DNA of 64,000 bases from Octopus vulgaris. Lineage: Eukaryota. Position 1 is the first letter of the stretch. The number at the start of each line of letters is the position of its first letter. The position numbers and the translations under genes are program-made. The notes beneath the pieces are model-generated. The model did no database searches. It was not told the origin of the DNA and worked only from the letters and a program-made list of their open reading frames with translations. Below are positions 29,665 to 41,495 of the stretch, piece by piece. The stretch lies in assembly GCA_951406725.2 (NCBI GenBank), contig OX597819.1:47678001-47742000 (forward strand), written 5' to 3'.

Positions 29665-30885
29665 CAGGGGTTGGACAAAATAATGGAAACACATTAAAAT
29701 TTCAAACAAATTTATTTTAACATGGGGTAGGAACATCTTTGGCAGTAATTACAGCTTGAATTCTACGAGTATGAACTCATACAAAGTTCGAATGTTTCCA
29801 AAGGAATTTTTGTCCATTCTTCAGCTAAAACAGTCTCCAGTTCTTGTAGTGATGACGATGGAGGATATCGACTCCTTACTTGTTTTTCTAAAATGCACCA
29901 TAAATGTTCAATAATATTGAGATCTAGGGACTATTGTGGCCAGATAAGATGTTCAACTTTACTAAAAATGTTCCTCGTGCCATTCAATAATAACTTTAGC
30001 TGTGTGAATTGGTGCATTATCATCCTGAGAGATTGTGTTTCCCTCCAGAAACAGTTCCACAACAATAGGATAAATTTCTGCCATGAAGGGAAACCATTGG
30101 GCCAGCGTATTTCTAAGATATAGCCCCCCACCCCCCGATCATCTCAGATCCTCGTCCATTGGAAGAAGGCATTCTGAGTCAAATGGTTCTTTTGGCTGTC
30201 TCCACATGTATACTTGGCCAGTGGTTGGAAATAAGGTAAAGGATGACACGTCCAAGAAAATAACATTCTTCCACTGCTCTAGGGACCAATTCTGCAGGTT
30301 TTTTTTACTCCACTCTAAATGCTTTGCAATGTTTGTTTTTGAAAGTAAATGGTTTTCTGATTGCAGCTCTCCCATGAAATCTGGTTTTGTGCAGCTCCCA
30401 GCAAACAGTTTTTGTGCAAACTGGCTTCTCAAGGTGGTCATTAAGCACTGCAGTAATTTTGGGAGCTGTATTTTTGTGATCCTTTCTAACAATTTGTGTA
30501 AGAGTCTGACATTCCCTATCTGAAAGTTTTCTTCCGGAGTTTTGTTTTGACGAAGCGGCTTTTCCCTCTTTCTCAAAGACTGTCATTACTTTCGAGACAG
30601 TACTTCTTGATACACCAAACATTTTGGCTGTTTTCATTATGCTAGCACCTGCCATACGAGCACCAACAATTTGACCTCTTTGAAAGTCTAATAGATCTGT
30701 CATTTTAATAAATTTTAATTACCTTTCTCTGATGATATCTGAAAAGAAACATCAATTTTAGCAAAACATATTAAGCAACACTAATAATAAATCAAAAAAA
30801 CATAAAAATAAACAAGTGTTTGACGATTTTATAGATATTTCAAAATTATGATACTAGGTGTTTCCATTATTTTGTCCAACCCCTG
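29665..30885 (-). mobile_element. Tc1-like transposon (1,221 bp) with a degenerate transposase starting at 30703
   Basis: Perfect 28-bp TIRs CAGGGGTTGGACAAAATAATGGAAACAC with TA TSDs. N-terminal HTH (FQRGQIVGARMAG...GVSRSTVSKV), WKNVIFLD and WPQ motifs, with frameshifts. Confidence 0.93.
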
Positions 30886-31630
30886 TATATATACATATAT
30901 GTGCACTCACGTGCACACACACATACACACATACAAAGTTGTGCAATCTTTCTACAAAGTCGCACAATTTTTCCTTCTTGTTCCATATCTGGCCTGTTGT
31001 GCTTATATAAAGTTACTACTTTTATTGGAATGTACCACCAGTAGTCTCTTGAATTCTAAAGATGTGGACAATTTGTGGTTCAGGTGTGCCTTTTGTATGT
31101 ACATTGTAGACTGTCTTAATAACAATGTCCTGTCTCAGGGAAAGGTAATATCTTGCACACATTTTTGAACAGCTATTAGTGATATGAGTGATATCTTTCA
31201 CATTGGAATGTCACAATCACTGTTTCTATCAGAATGTGGAGACATCCTCATCTCTTTTGTGAATTAGTTATTTAGTAGGTATCTCCTATTCTTGGATAGC
31301 AAAGATATAACTCTCCAGATGAAAGGTGATGTACTTAACACTGATCCAAGAAAGGCTGCTATTCCTGCCAACGTTACCGGTTTTCTCTAGCTAATGGAAT
31401 ATGTATCCATGCATAACTTGTTATAGGTATCATAAGTATTTTGTTTCCAAGTCTCTATTTAAGAAGGTGGGTCAAAACCCCCTTGGTTCACATGGAGCAG
31501 CTATAAACTTGGGGTATTTGATCATAAGTTTTCTGCCTAATCTCTATGCTTTTACCTTCACTGTTGAGTATCCACATAATACACTCATTTCTCTATTTGC
31601 TGTTCATTAAGTGTTGTCTAAGGGACACCA

Positions 31631-32130
31631 TGTGGCACTCAAGGGCTGCCTGAACATCTTACGCCTCTACCTCCATCCCTCTGGAACCTGTACTAGTAAA
31701 ACCTGGAATCAAAGGGCTTTAAAATTAACTTATCAAAGACCAAAGTTGTGGCACTCAAGGGCTGCCTGAACATCTTATGCCTCTACCTCCATCCCTCTGG
31801 AACCTGTGCTAGTAAAACCTGGAATCAAAGGGCTTTAAAATTAACTTATCAAAGACCAAAGTTCTAGTAGGTAGGAAAACAGTCAGGACTCTACTCACAT
31901 CAAGAAAATGGCCCTGTTCTGTATGTAGGAAAGGTGCTGGTAGAAATTTTATCATATGCACTCAATACAAACAATGGATACACAAGAGGTGCAGTGGAGT
32001 CACTTGAAGGTTAACAGAGAAAGTAGAGTTTTTATGCAGCAGATGTGCAGGAGCAATAAACACTAAGAACACATAAGAAACAGATTGTCTTGAATGTTCA
32101 GAAAGTTCCCAAAAGGTAGAAAATAGTTTG
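31631..32130 (+). mobile_element. RTE-like RT fragment with a Cys-rich (PHD-like) insert; its first 116 bp are tandemly duplicated
   Basis: LESKGFKINLSKTKVL...WPCSVCRKGAGRNFIICTQYKQWIHKRCSGV...FLCSRCAG, with stop codons. Confidence 0.7.
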
Positions 32131-32925
32131 GTACCTTGTTATCCTAATTGGAGAAGTATGTTCTGAACAAGATGAAGAAAGTTTCCTGTGTCTGTTTAAT
32201 TTTTAATCAATATAAATTTCTGAATTTTCTCCCTTGCCTTTCTTAACATGAATTCTCATTAATGTCAATGATTTACTAGCAAGACTAATGAATATTTCAC
32301 GGAATTAACAGTAAACTTATTGGGATATTTCTGAAAGCTTTATTGAAAACATCTGAAGGCATAGCCTGTGTTGTATCTGCATCAAAAGATAGTTGCTCAT
32401 CTGCTATTCATTGAAAAGTGAAGGAAATTGGAATACGATGATTACTTAATGTACTTTATATATACACTTTATATACTTTATGCACAATTTTATAGACTTT
32501 TCCCTCGCTCTTCACCTTACTCTCTTTTTCTTTTGCTCTTCACCTTCTCTTCAACTAATCGTGTGAAAGCATTACAGACGGGCTAAGTAATGGAGGAAAA
32601 CAACTTAGTTAAAAACAAATTACACATTTCACTTACCACCACCTTTACCTTCCCATTCCCATCTCTCCCTTCCTCTCCCTCCCGTCCCGATCGCTCTCCT
32701 CCCCCTCCCCTCTTCAACTAATCATGTGAAAGTGTTGCAGATGGGCTAAGTAACGAAGGAACAAGCAGAATTATTATAATTTCAGTTGATAAGGTACCTA
32801 TTTTTTGGCTCACTTCGCTGATTATGTTAGCACACATATAATTACATATACAAGCTTTTTAGGATAACTCTAAATGATATTATCAAGAAAATGATCTAAT
32901 AGGTGACAAGTGATGAGGCTCTTAC

Positions 32926-33021
32926 TGTTATAAGAAGTTTCCTTGATAAATTATCTTCAGAACTCTGCTTGATTTGAAATCCTTTGGAATCACATGAACT
33001 TCTCTCATTCAGTGCTTTCGC
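32926..33021 (-). CDS. TEP/A2M exon (AKALNERSSCDSKGFQIKQSSEDNLSRKLLIT)
   Basis: Polypyrimidine tract plus TAG acceptor, GTAAG donor; 96 nt; 'D.+.+.LL+' motif. Confidence 0.9.
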
Positions 33022-33062
33022 CTAAGAAAAATAAAAAAAAGAAAGAAAGTCATAAAACTATA

Positions 33063-33505
33063 GGCACAGGAGTGGTTGCATGGTAAGTAGCTTGCTTACC
33101 AACCACATGGTTCTGGGTTCAGCCCCACTGCGTGGCACCTTGGGCAAGTGTCTTCTACTATAGCCTCGGGCCGACCAAAGCCTTGTGAGTGGATTTAGTA
33201 GATGGAAACTGAAAGAAGCCCGTCATATATATATATAATATAATGAAATTATTGTATACAATGCTCAGGTGTACCACAACTTGTCAAAAGTGCATATAAA
33301 GTATATGCAGTAATGCACAAATGTCTGGAAAGCGAACAATGTATGAGTGAGATACATGTTTGCGTGTGTATGGAGGGGGGAAATCAGTTGTAGCATTGGC
33401 GAATCTCAGGATGCATGGACGTTTTGAAGGATGCAATGCTCCGACAACTAACAACTGATGCCGGCAGTCTGTTCCATGCTTCAGCAACTCTTAGCATGAA
33501 TCTGT

Positions 33506-33538
<33 letters not shown>

Positions 33539-33717
33539 ATTTGTCCACCCCACCCCACCCCACCATCGCGTGACAACCGATGCTGGTGTGTTTATGTCCC
33601 CGTAACCTAGTGGTTCAGCAAATAGGCTTACAAAGAATAAGTCCTGGAGTCAGTTTGCTTGACTAAAGGCGGTGCTCCAGTATGGCTGCAGTCAAATGAC
33701 TAAAACAAGTAAAAGAG
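33063..33717 (+). mobile_element. SINE family B copy with a nested CR1/L2-like LINE 3' end (33235-33505, minus strand)
   Basis: The SINE has a TAAAACTAT TSD. The nested fragment encodes FMLRVAEAWNRLPASVVSCRSIASFK, typical of the CR1/L2 ORF2 end. Confidence 0.8.
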
Positions 33718-34614
33718 TAAAACTATGAAAAACTGAAAAATTGTTTCAAGAATAATTAATAACAATTATAATAATATTAAATCAAATTCTAACAATAATA
33801 TTTTGAGAAGTGTAGTTGTGGTCTGTTTTGGCAAAAATCAATTTGTATATTAAACTTATCTTCTTACAAATAATTCTTTCTGCTATAGGCACACAGCCTG
33901 AAATCTGGGGGTGGAGACTTGTCAATTACATTAACACCAGTACTCAACTGGTATATTATTGACCACTGAAAAAGAGAAAGACAAGGTCAATCTCAGCAGA
34001 ATTTGATCTCAGAATGTAAAGACAGACGAAATGCCACTAAGCAATTTGTCATTTCACTGCCTTATCTTTTTACTAATAATAAGCTAATTTGATTTGTTTT
34101 CTTTTTCTCTAGCATTTATAATTTATAATTCTAAACTGATATTTTGTAAAAGATTCATCACCATCAGGTGTGTGGCTTAGGAGTATTTGGCTGACGATCG
34201 TAGAAGCATGAGTTTGATCTTGCAAACAACTTGCACATGCAAGTGCTACCAGTCGAGAACTCCACATACCGGAAGCCAGCAAGTGTATGGGGGTCATCAG
34301 GAGAGAATGCGCACCGTTTCGGGAGCCTACCTCTTGATGGCATCAATGCGCGACCCACCCACCCTCACTGATATGAGGCCCTGCTTGCTAGATCAACTGG
34401 TTATTAACTAAAACTCACTATTTCTCTAGCCATTGCTCATCGTCTAAAAAAAAGCGATGAGTCTATAAGTAAGATACTTTATTTCATATTACTCCAGTTC
34501 ATTCAGCTGGCAAAAATAAGTTGATACATGAAGCTTAAAAGGGCCAGACAGCCCTTCTGAATTACATAGATGCAATTCACTACATTCTAAATAAAGTATA
34601 AAGTAGATACTCAC

Positions 34615-34761
34615 TGTGACATTGATGTCGATTTCACCAATTTCTTGTGGAATGATAACATACTCAACAACTTGAGGCTTGTCACTGCAGATACACAGGC
34701 TGGTTTTATTAGGATGTTTGTGAATAACAAAGTCTTTGGAGGTCACCAACTGTAGCTTCAC
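34615..34761 (-). CDS. TEP/A2M exon (VKLQLVTSKDF...SLCICS...IGEIDINVT)
   Basis: CAG acceptor, GTGAGT donor; 147 nt, phase 0-0; CxC and 'P..+G.+.+.VT' motifs. Confidence 0.93.
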
Positions 34762-35081
34762 CTGTAATATGTATATATATATATGAAATGAAGCTGGCCT
34801 TTCACTTATCCGTGATGCACCTACCCATTCCAACCCCCACTACCTGTACCGGAAATCTCTTCTTTTATACGGCCCTGCCTTGCTTCTGAACCAGAAGACT
34901 TGCATAGCGCCCCACCACCACCACCACCACCACTACCACCACCAGCAATCATTCACACTGCTGCATGCACCAGAAGATGTGTTACTTAGCAAATTAACAA
35001 ACCACCTACACAGGCTGGTTTTATTAGGATATTTGTAAATAACAGAGATTTTGGAGATTACCAATTGTAGCTTCACCTGTA

Positions 35082-35132
<51 letters not shown>

Positions 35133-35350
35133 GTGAAGCTTGTCTTTTACTTGTCTGCAATGTACCCACCCATTCCCATTCCTACCACCTATACCGGAAA
35201 CCTCTTCTCTTAAACTGGAAACTCCTACATGGTTCTGCCTTGCTTCTGTACAAGAAGATTTGCATAGCTCCCACCACCACCACCATCAGCTATTACCCAC
35301 ACTGCTGCATGTACCGGAAGATGTGTTACTTACTAAATTAACAAATCACC
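34692..35350. repeat. Diverged tandem duplication (315 bp + 344 bp) including a splice acceptor and the first ~70 nt of an exon
   Basis: Both units run TACACAGGCTGGTTTTATTAGGAT...AAATTAACAAA(C/T)CACC. Confidence 0.9.
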
Positions 35351-36286
35351 TATCCCTTTTTCTCCATATATAATGGACTAACCAATAGCAGTTAATTTAA
35401 ACATTGACCTATTTATGTTTGAAGAAATTATCATCATCATCATCGTTTAACGTCTGCTTTCCATGCTAGCATGGGTTGGACGATTTGACCAAAGTCTGGC
35501 GAACCAGATGGCTGCACCAGACTCCAATCTGATCTGGCAGAGTTTCGACAGCTGGATGCCCTTCCTATCGCCAACCACTCCGAGAGTGTAGTTGGCGCTT
35601 TTACGTGCCACCGGCACAAGGGCCAGTCAGGTGGTACTGGCAACGGCCACACTCAAATGATGTGTTTTACATGCCACCTGAGCAGGAGCCAGTCCAGCGG
35701 CACTAATACTTATATTTACAATGCTTACATTACACTCACTCCCAACAGGGGCAACAATTTTATCATGCTTGAATGATAGTAGGTTAGGCCGAGAACAGCT
35801 TAAGGAGAGGCGGCAAGTGGGGAACGACATGTTTTTCTTCATGATAAGGACAGTGATCGCTCATCCCACCTCGGTCAACAGGTAAGGTCTCTGTATTTCT
35901 TTCTCTCTTTTGCTTTTTTTCTGTTTTCTTTTTCCTCCATCACACAACAAGCTATTTCAGCCCATAACAAAAAAAGAAAAGAAAAACACATCATTCCCCA
36001 CTTGTCGTCTCTCCTTGAACTTGCCCCACGTGCTTCCTGCCCATGCATGCGCTTGTGGCTCTTCCGCCGGCCCCTGCAGTCTTCACTTCCATTTACCTCA
36101 TTTGCAATCCTCTCCGCCAACACCACATAGCTCATCACAGCCTGTTGTCTTTTTCCTCCATCACACAACAATTTCTACATCATGTATTGAGTATTATATT
36201 CAGTTAATTTTCACAGTTCTTAGTTATTGAGGAAGCAATAATAATAAATAGTGTGTGTCTGTGTGTGAGGGTGAATGTGTGTGCAT

Positions 36287-36322
<36 letters not shown>

Positions 36323-36345
36323 TTACTGGTAAATAAATACATTAA

Positions 36346-36563
36346 CCCTCTAGCATTTAAAGTAGCAAAGCTAGCCGAAATATTCTTCCTGTTTTATGTT
36401 CAAACTGACCAGATCCAGCCTTTCACACCTACCCTACAATGTCATTCTAAAAATAAACAATCACATCATTGAAATCTTAAAGCTACGCGATAATGCATGG
36501 TTAATTCAAAACACTGTTGATAAATAAGCAATACATTTGACAGAGAATCTGAATGTTAAAGGG
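36346..36563. mobile_element. piggyBac-type MITE (218 bp)
   Basis: TTAA TSDs with CCCT...AGGG termini. Confidence 0.85.
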
Positions 36564-36797
36564 TTAAACAAAACTACTTTATGGCATTTTTTCCATGCAA
36601 TAAAGGTGCCGTTATATGAAGTAGGACTAAATAAGTACCAAACAAAGTTTTGGGGGACAATAAATTTAACTAACCACCCCACTCCACACCAAAGATGGTG
36701 CTCCAGTATGTCTACAGTATAAAAACTAAAACCAGTAAAAAAAAAAAAAAAGAAAACAGTAAATAAACAAAAGAAATAATATAGTGTGTGTACTTAC

Positions 36798-37026
36798 AGT
36801 TAAACATGAAGTCAGGTAGTTGAACACTGATATAATCAATGGTACTTTTTCCCCACGAACTGCAGAATATGGTAAAGTGTATGATACAAAAAATGGTTTG
36901 AAAACATTAAAACTGACTTGTTCTGAAACCCCAATGCCAGCTTCTTTATTGGAGCAAATTGCATTTCCAATCCAAGTTGTAATAGTATCTGGAACTTTCT
37001 TATTTGTAGTAAACATTCCATCAAGC
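36798..37026 (-). CDS. TEP/A2M exon (VPDTITTW...FKPFFVSYTLPYSAVRGE...VFNYLTSCLT)
   Basis: Core A2M-domain motifs; CAG acceptor, GTAAGT donor. Confidence 0.97.
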
Positions 37027-38023
37027 CTGCAGTTGACAACCAAAAGCATTACATGCCTTAGTTTTATACATCAGAGATAGAAAAGAATATCTTGGTACAT
37101 TTAAATTAAAATAAAGTAATCAAGAAGAGAAATAACTGAATCAGTATCTAGTTATTAGTATATGTAGGTAGGAGCAGACATAGGTGTAAATTTAAGAAGT
37201 CTACTTTGAAACTGGATGGTTTTAAGTCCTGCCTCACAGTGATCGCCTTGGACCATTATCTTCTACTATAGCTCTAGCCTGACAAGTGCCTTGTGTATAG
37301 ATTTAGTGGACAGAAATTGCAATAAAGCCTGTTATAGAAAATAAATAGAGTGAGTGTGAGTGTGTGTGTGTGTGTGGAGGGGGGGGGGGTGAAGGCAAGT
37401 GGTCATCTGGTTAAGACAGTAAGCTCAAGGTCATAAGAGCATAAGTTCAATACTTGGACCTGGTAGTATATTATGTTATCGAGCAGGGCCACTTTATTTC
37501 ATATTTCACTAGTCTTCTCAAATGAAAATGTGTACCAGCTGAATGCTGGTACAGCTCTTCTTCCTTCCAGCTGTCACACTATCATTGTCATGCTGGCTCA
37601 AAGATCATGGTGGCAGAGAGGGTTCTTATGTCTGCTCCTGACAACATAGGCACCTAGATCAATTAGCAAAAGCATAGTACATGCTAACAATGGTCATATG
37701 CATTTTACAAAGTTCAGGATATACTTTATCACAACTCAGAGTTTTTTCATTATGTGTGTCTTTCTTTCATGAGTAGTGATGGTGACAATCAACTTTTAAC
37801 AAGAAATATAACTTCTGTTGCATGTACTGAATACTCTTTTTTCCTGTCTCTACATTCATAAATTGTAAGTAAAAGATGGTATATTACCCTAGTGAGAAAT
37901 TGCAGTTCATTAATATAAATTCCACCCACCTTCAAACATTAAAAAAAAACTTAATAGCATCAATATATACATGTCCAAAGCCTAATGAGTGGATTTAGTA
38001 GACGGAAACTGAAAGAAGCTTGT

Positions 38024-38076
<53 letters not shown>

Positions 38077-40001
38077 GCAAAGTTTACGAAAATAAACAAA
38101 AGACGAAGGCAGGTAGTGTACAAACAAACAAATGTATTAGTATAGCGCTCAGGAATAGAAAAAGTATTTTACGTTTCGAGCCTACGCTCTTCCACAGAAA
38201 GATACACAGGAAAAAACAAGGAGAGAAACAAGGAGAGAAAAAAATGAGAGGAAAAAAAAAGGAGAAACAAGGAGAGATAAAAATGCGTGTAGTAGCTAAC
38301 GATCTATCATGGCGTCTGACTTCGGACAGAATGGTCAGACGCATGAGCGTGTGTGTTTGTGTATCTGTGTTTGTCCCCACTAACATCGCTTGACAACCGA
38401 GGCTGGTGTGTTTATGTCCTGTAACTTAGTGGTTCAGCAAAAGAGACCAATAGAATAAGCACTAAGTTTACAAAGAATAAGTCCTGGGGTCGATTTGCTC
38501 GACTAAAGGCGGTGCTCCAGCATGGCCACAGTCAAATGACTGAAACAAGCAAAAGAGTATGTCCAGTTTATCTTATGGCAAAGAAACTTTTTTAATCAAT
38601 ATGCACATGTCCAGTTTATCTTATGGCAAAGAACTTTTTTTTAATCATACTGTTCATTATTAAAATAACATATTAAAAATCAATAGCTTCAAAGTTCATC
38701 GCAACACATCTTGACACATAAATCATTGATAAAAGATGGTGTTATATCCTAGTGAGAAATTGCAGTTTATTACTATAGATTCCACCCATCCCCAAACATA
38801 ACAAAAAAACTTAATAGCGTCAATACCTACATGTCCAGTTTATCTTATGACAAAGAACCTTTATTAATCATACTGTTTGTTATTGAAATGACATTAAAAG
38901 TCAATGACTTCAAAGTTAGAATGCATTACATATATAGCAACATTAATATTCATAAATGCAAAAATGGGAAAGGATTTTCAATATTGTACAATTCTCCCTG
39001 AAGTTTTATATTTTCATTCTAATATTATCAGTATATGTCATTAGATCTTCAATAAAACTAATGTTATGTGAGTTATACTTGCACTAAAAACCTCACTGCT
39101 TCAAAAGCATAGAGAGAAAAAACCTCTCCATTATGAACATGCAGAACTCTTCTACTCAGCATTATTGTAACAATTCCAATATGTGTATTTCTAAAGCATA
39201 CATTTGGCAGTGAACTTTAAAAAAACTACAATACAACTCATTGAAATTTCTTTTTAAAAAAATTTCTTACAGCATTTATTCACTCAGAAATGTGCTTTGC
39301 CACTTCACTCTCCAAATATACCTGGAGTCTAAAGGATAATAAGAAGAAATAGCAATTATATGATCTATAGGTCCATTAAAGGATACATATCTCCTTATAT
39401 CACTGGCTTCAGAAAGTAATCTCTGTTTCTTGGAGTATGGCAGTCAATTGTAGCTTTCTGCTGTTTTGAAAAAGCTATCTAAATTGACAATTTCTTGCAG
39501 ACACTTCCATTGATATTTACTTAAGAATTTCCACCTACCAACTGGCTAGCAAATTTTATTTCCTACTCACTAAATTTGTTATACTCTGAAAGATTATCCC
39601 ATATTTCAGAAACATTAATATATTCAGTATCAATACCTCAAGAGTATTCCTTCCTCTACTCATTTTTGTTTGACTTCTTTTTTACAGAAAGTACTGACGA
39701 GGTGAAAATATAACATGCATTTGTGCATCCAAGAGAATAGATGAAAATATTATATGTTTCTGCAGGGAGTAAGAGTTGAAATTGTTGAAAAAAAAAAAAA
39801 AAAAATATACCTCATACATTGTAGAGCAAATCAATCCAACCTATATGGTCATGGCAAAAATATTAAAAAAAAAGAACAAAAAAAGAAAAAAATGGGGAAA
39901 CAATGATGCTATTACAGCTGCTGCCACCACTAGCACCAATGTTTGGTATGATGGTAATGATGATGACAACAACAGCGATGATGACAAAAGAGTAGGATTA
40001 C

Positions 40002-40143
40002 CCAACAACTTCAATATCCCATAGCCAGGTTTCTGGGAAGAAAGAACGTGTTTCTGTTGAGTCAGGTGTTGATTGCCCCACCCCAAGTTTCATAGCAAGT
40101 GGTCTTCCGACATCTACAAGAGGGCCGAATTGATACATTGGTC
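40002..40143 (-). CDS. TEP/A2M exon, bait-region end (GPMYQFGPLVDVGRPLAMKLGVGQSTPDSTETRSFFPETWLWDIEVVG)
   Basis: Diagnostic RxxFPETWLW motif; TAG acceptor, GTAAT donor. Confidence 0.96.
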
Positions 40144-41401
40144 CTAAGAGAGAAAAGAAAAACTAACAGCAATTAAATTTACATTGGATTTCTTCACTTA
40201 TGAAACAGTACAAGCAAAACAATGCATTTCATATTTTTTAATACACAAACAGGTGTAGCTGCTTGGTAAATGGTTTGCTTCCTCACTACATGGTTCTGGG
40301 TTCAGTCCCACCATGTGACAGTTTGGGAAAGTGTCTTCTACTATAGCTCCAGGTCACTCTGCAGTAGAATTGTGAAGACCAGCCCTTCTGGTGGTGAAAA
40401 GCACTTGAGGTGGTGCTACAGAAAAGCCCTCAGTACATTCTAAGTGGTTAGTGTTAGGAAGGGCATCCAGCCATAGAAACCATGCCAAATCAGATTGGAG
40501 TCTGGTGAAGTTCTCCAGCTTGTCAGCTCTGGTCAAACCATCCAACCCATGCCAGCATGGACAATAATGATAATAATAATGATGATAATACATACATACA
40601 TACACACACACACAAATATACATACATACACACACACATATACATACACACACACAAACAAAGTTATTAGTGAGGGATTATTAATCTGGGTAAAAGGCAT
40701 TCCTACAGATGTATGCCCTTACCTCAGACTTTGTTGCCTCATAACTTCCAGAAAATGAACATTTTTAAAAAGAATTTTCTACAAATATGCTTCAGAAAGT
40801 GTAGACTCTGATTATATGAAGTGAATACTTTCACCAAAGATCTCAAGAGTGAGACACCACTGGTGGGTGGCATGTGAGAGTAAGTCTCTGAAAGATTTAG
40901 TTCTATGGTGGTTGTAGTTTTCTACAGGTCATGAAAAACATACACAAAATAGTTCTCTGATTGTGCTTAATAAAAAGAAAAAGAAACAAGATTCATTAAA
41001 GGGATTTTTATTTAGACCTAGCAGTCCTTTTATTTAACACTTCTGCTACAATTGTAAACCAGTCTATTCTACATTACTAAAGAAAGAAAAAAAATCCAAA
41101 GTGCTGAAGGAGATAATTATTTTACAACTGTTTCTAGTTTTTTTGAAAGTTTTTGGAAATGAGAGCAAGAGATCAGAGGTTATGAAGGACGAGATAGGTT
41201 GCCTTTCATCAAGATAGGCTACACTGAAGCAGGTTTCCTTGAAGTAGATTAGATTACAATAATTAGATAGAGATTGAGGAGTATGGTAATGATAAGAACT
41301 ATCATTTGAGTGAACCTTTTGACAATGTAAAATTGTCAAAGTAAGTTTAAATTTAAAATTTAGTTAGAAAAATGGAACTGAAAAGATCATGAAGTACATA
41401 C

Positions 41402-41495
41402 CAGGCAAACCAATATTGTCTCCATTTCGAAAATAATCAAAACCACAAGGCTTGGTTTCTAAAGTCAAATCAGTAAGTACTGCCAAACCTGTGGC
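41402..41495 (-). CDS. TEP/A2M exon (ATGLAVLTDLTLETKPCGFDYFRNGDNIGLP)
   Basis: 'GL.V.TD....T+PC' motif before the bait region; TAG acceptor, GTATGT donor. Confidence 0.92.

Noticed and set aside
34280-34355. Hammerhead-like GAAAC and CTGATGA motifs on the minus strand
   Set aside because: I could not build a consistent stem II; too degenerate to call.
40723-41078. Candidate alternative bait-region exons
   Set aside because: The acceptor/donor pairs I tried gave lengths not divisible by three or in-frame stops.
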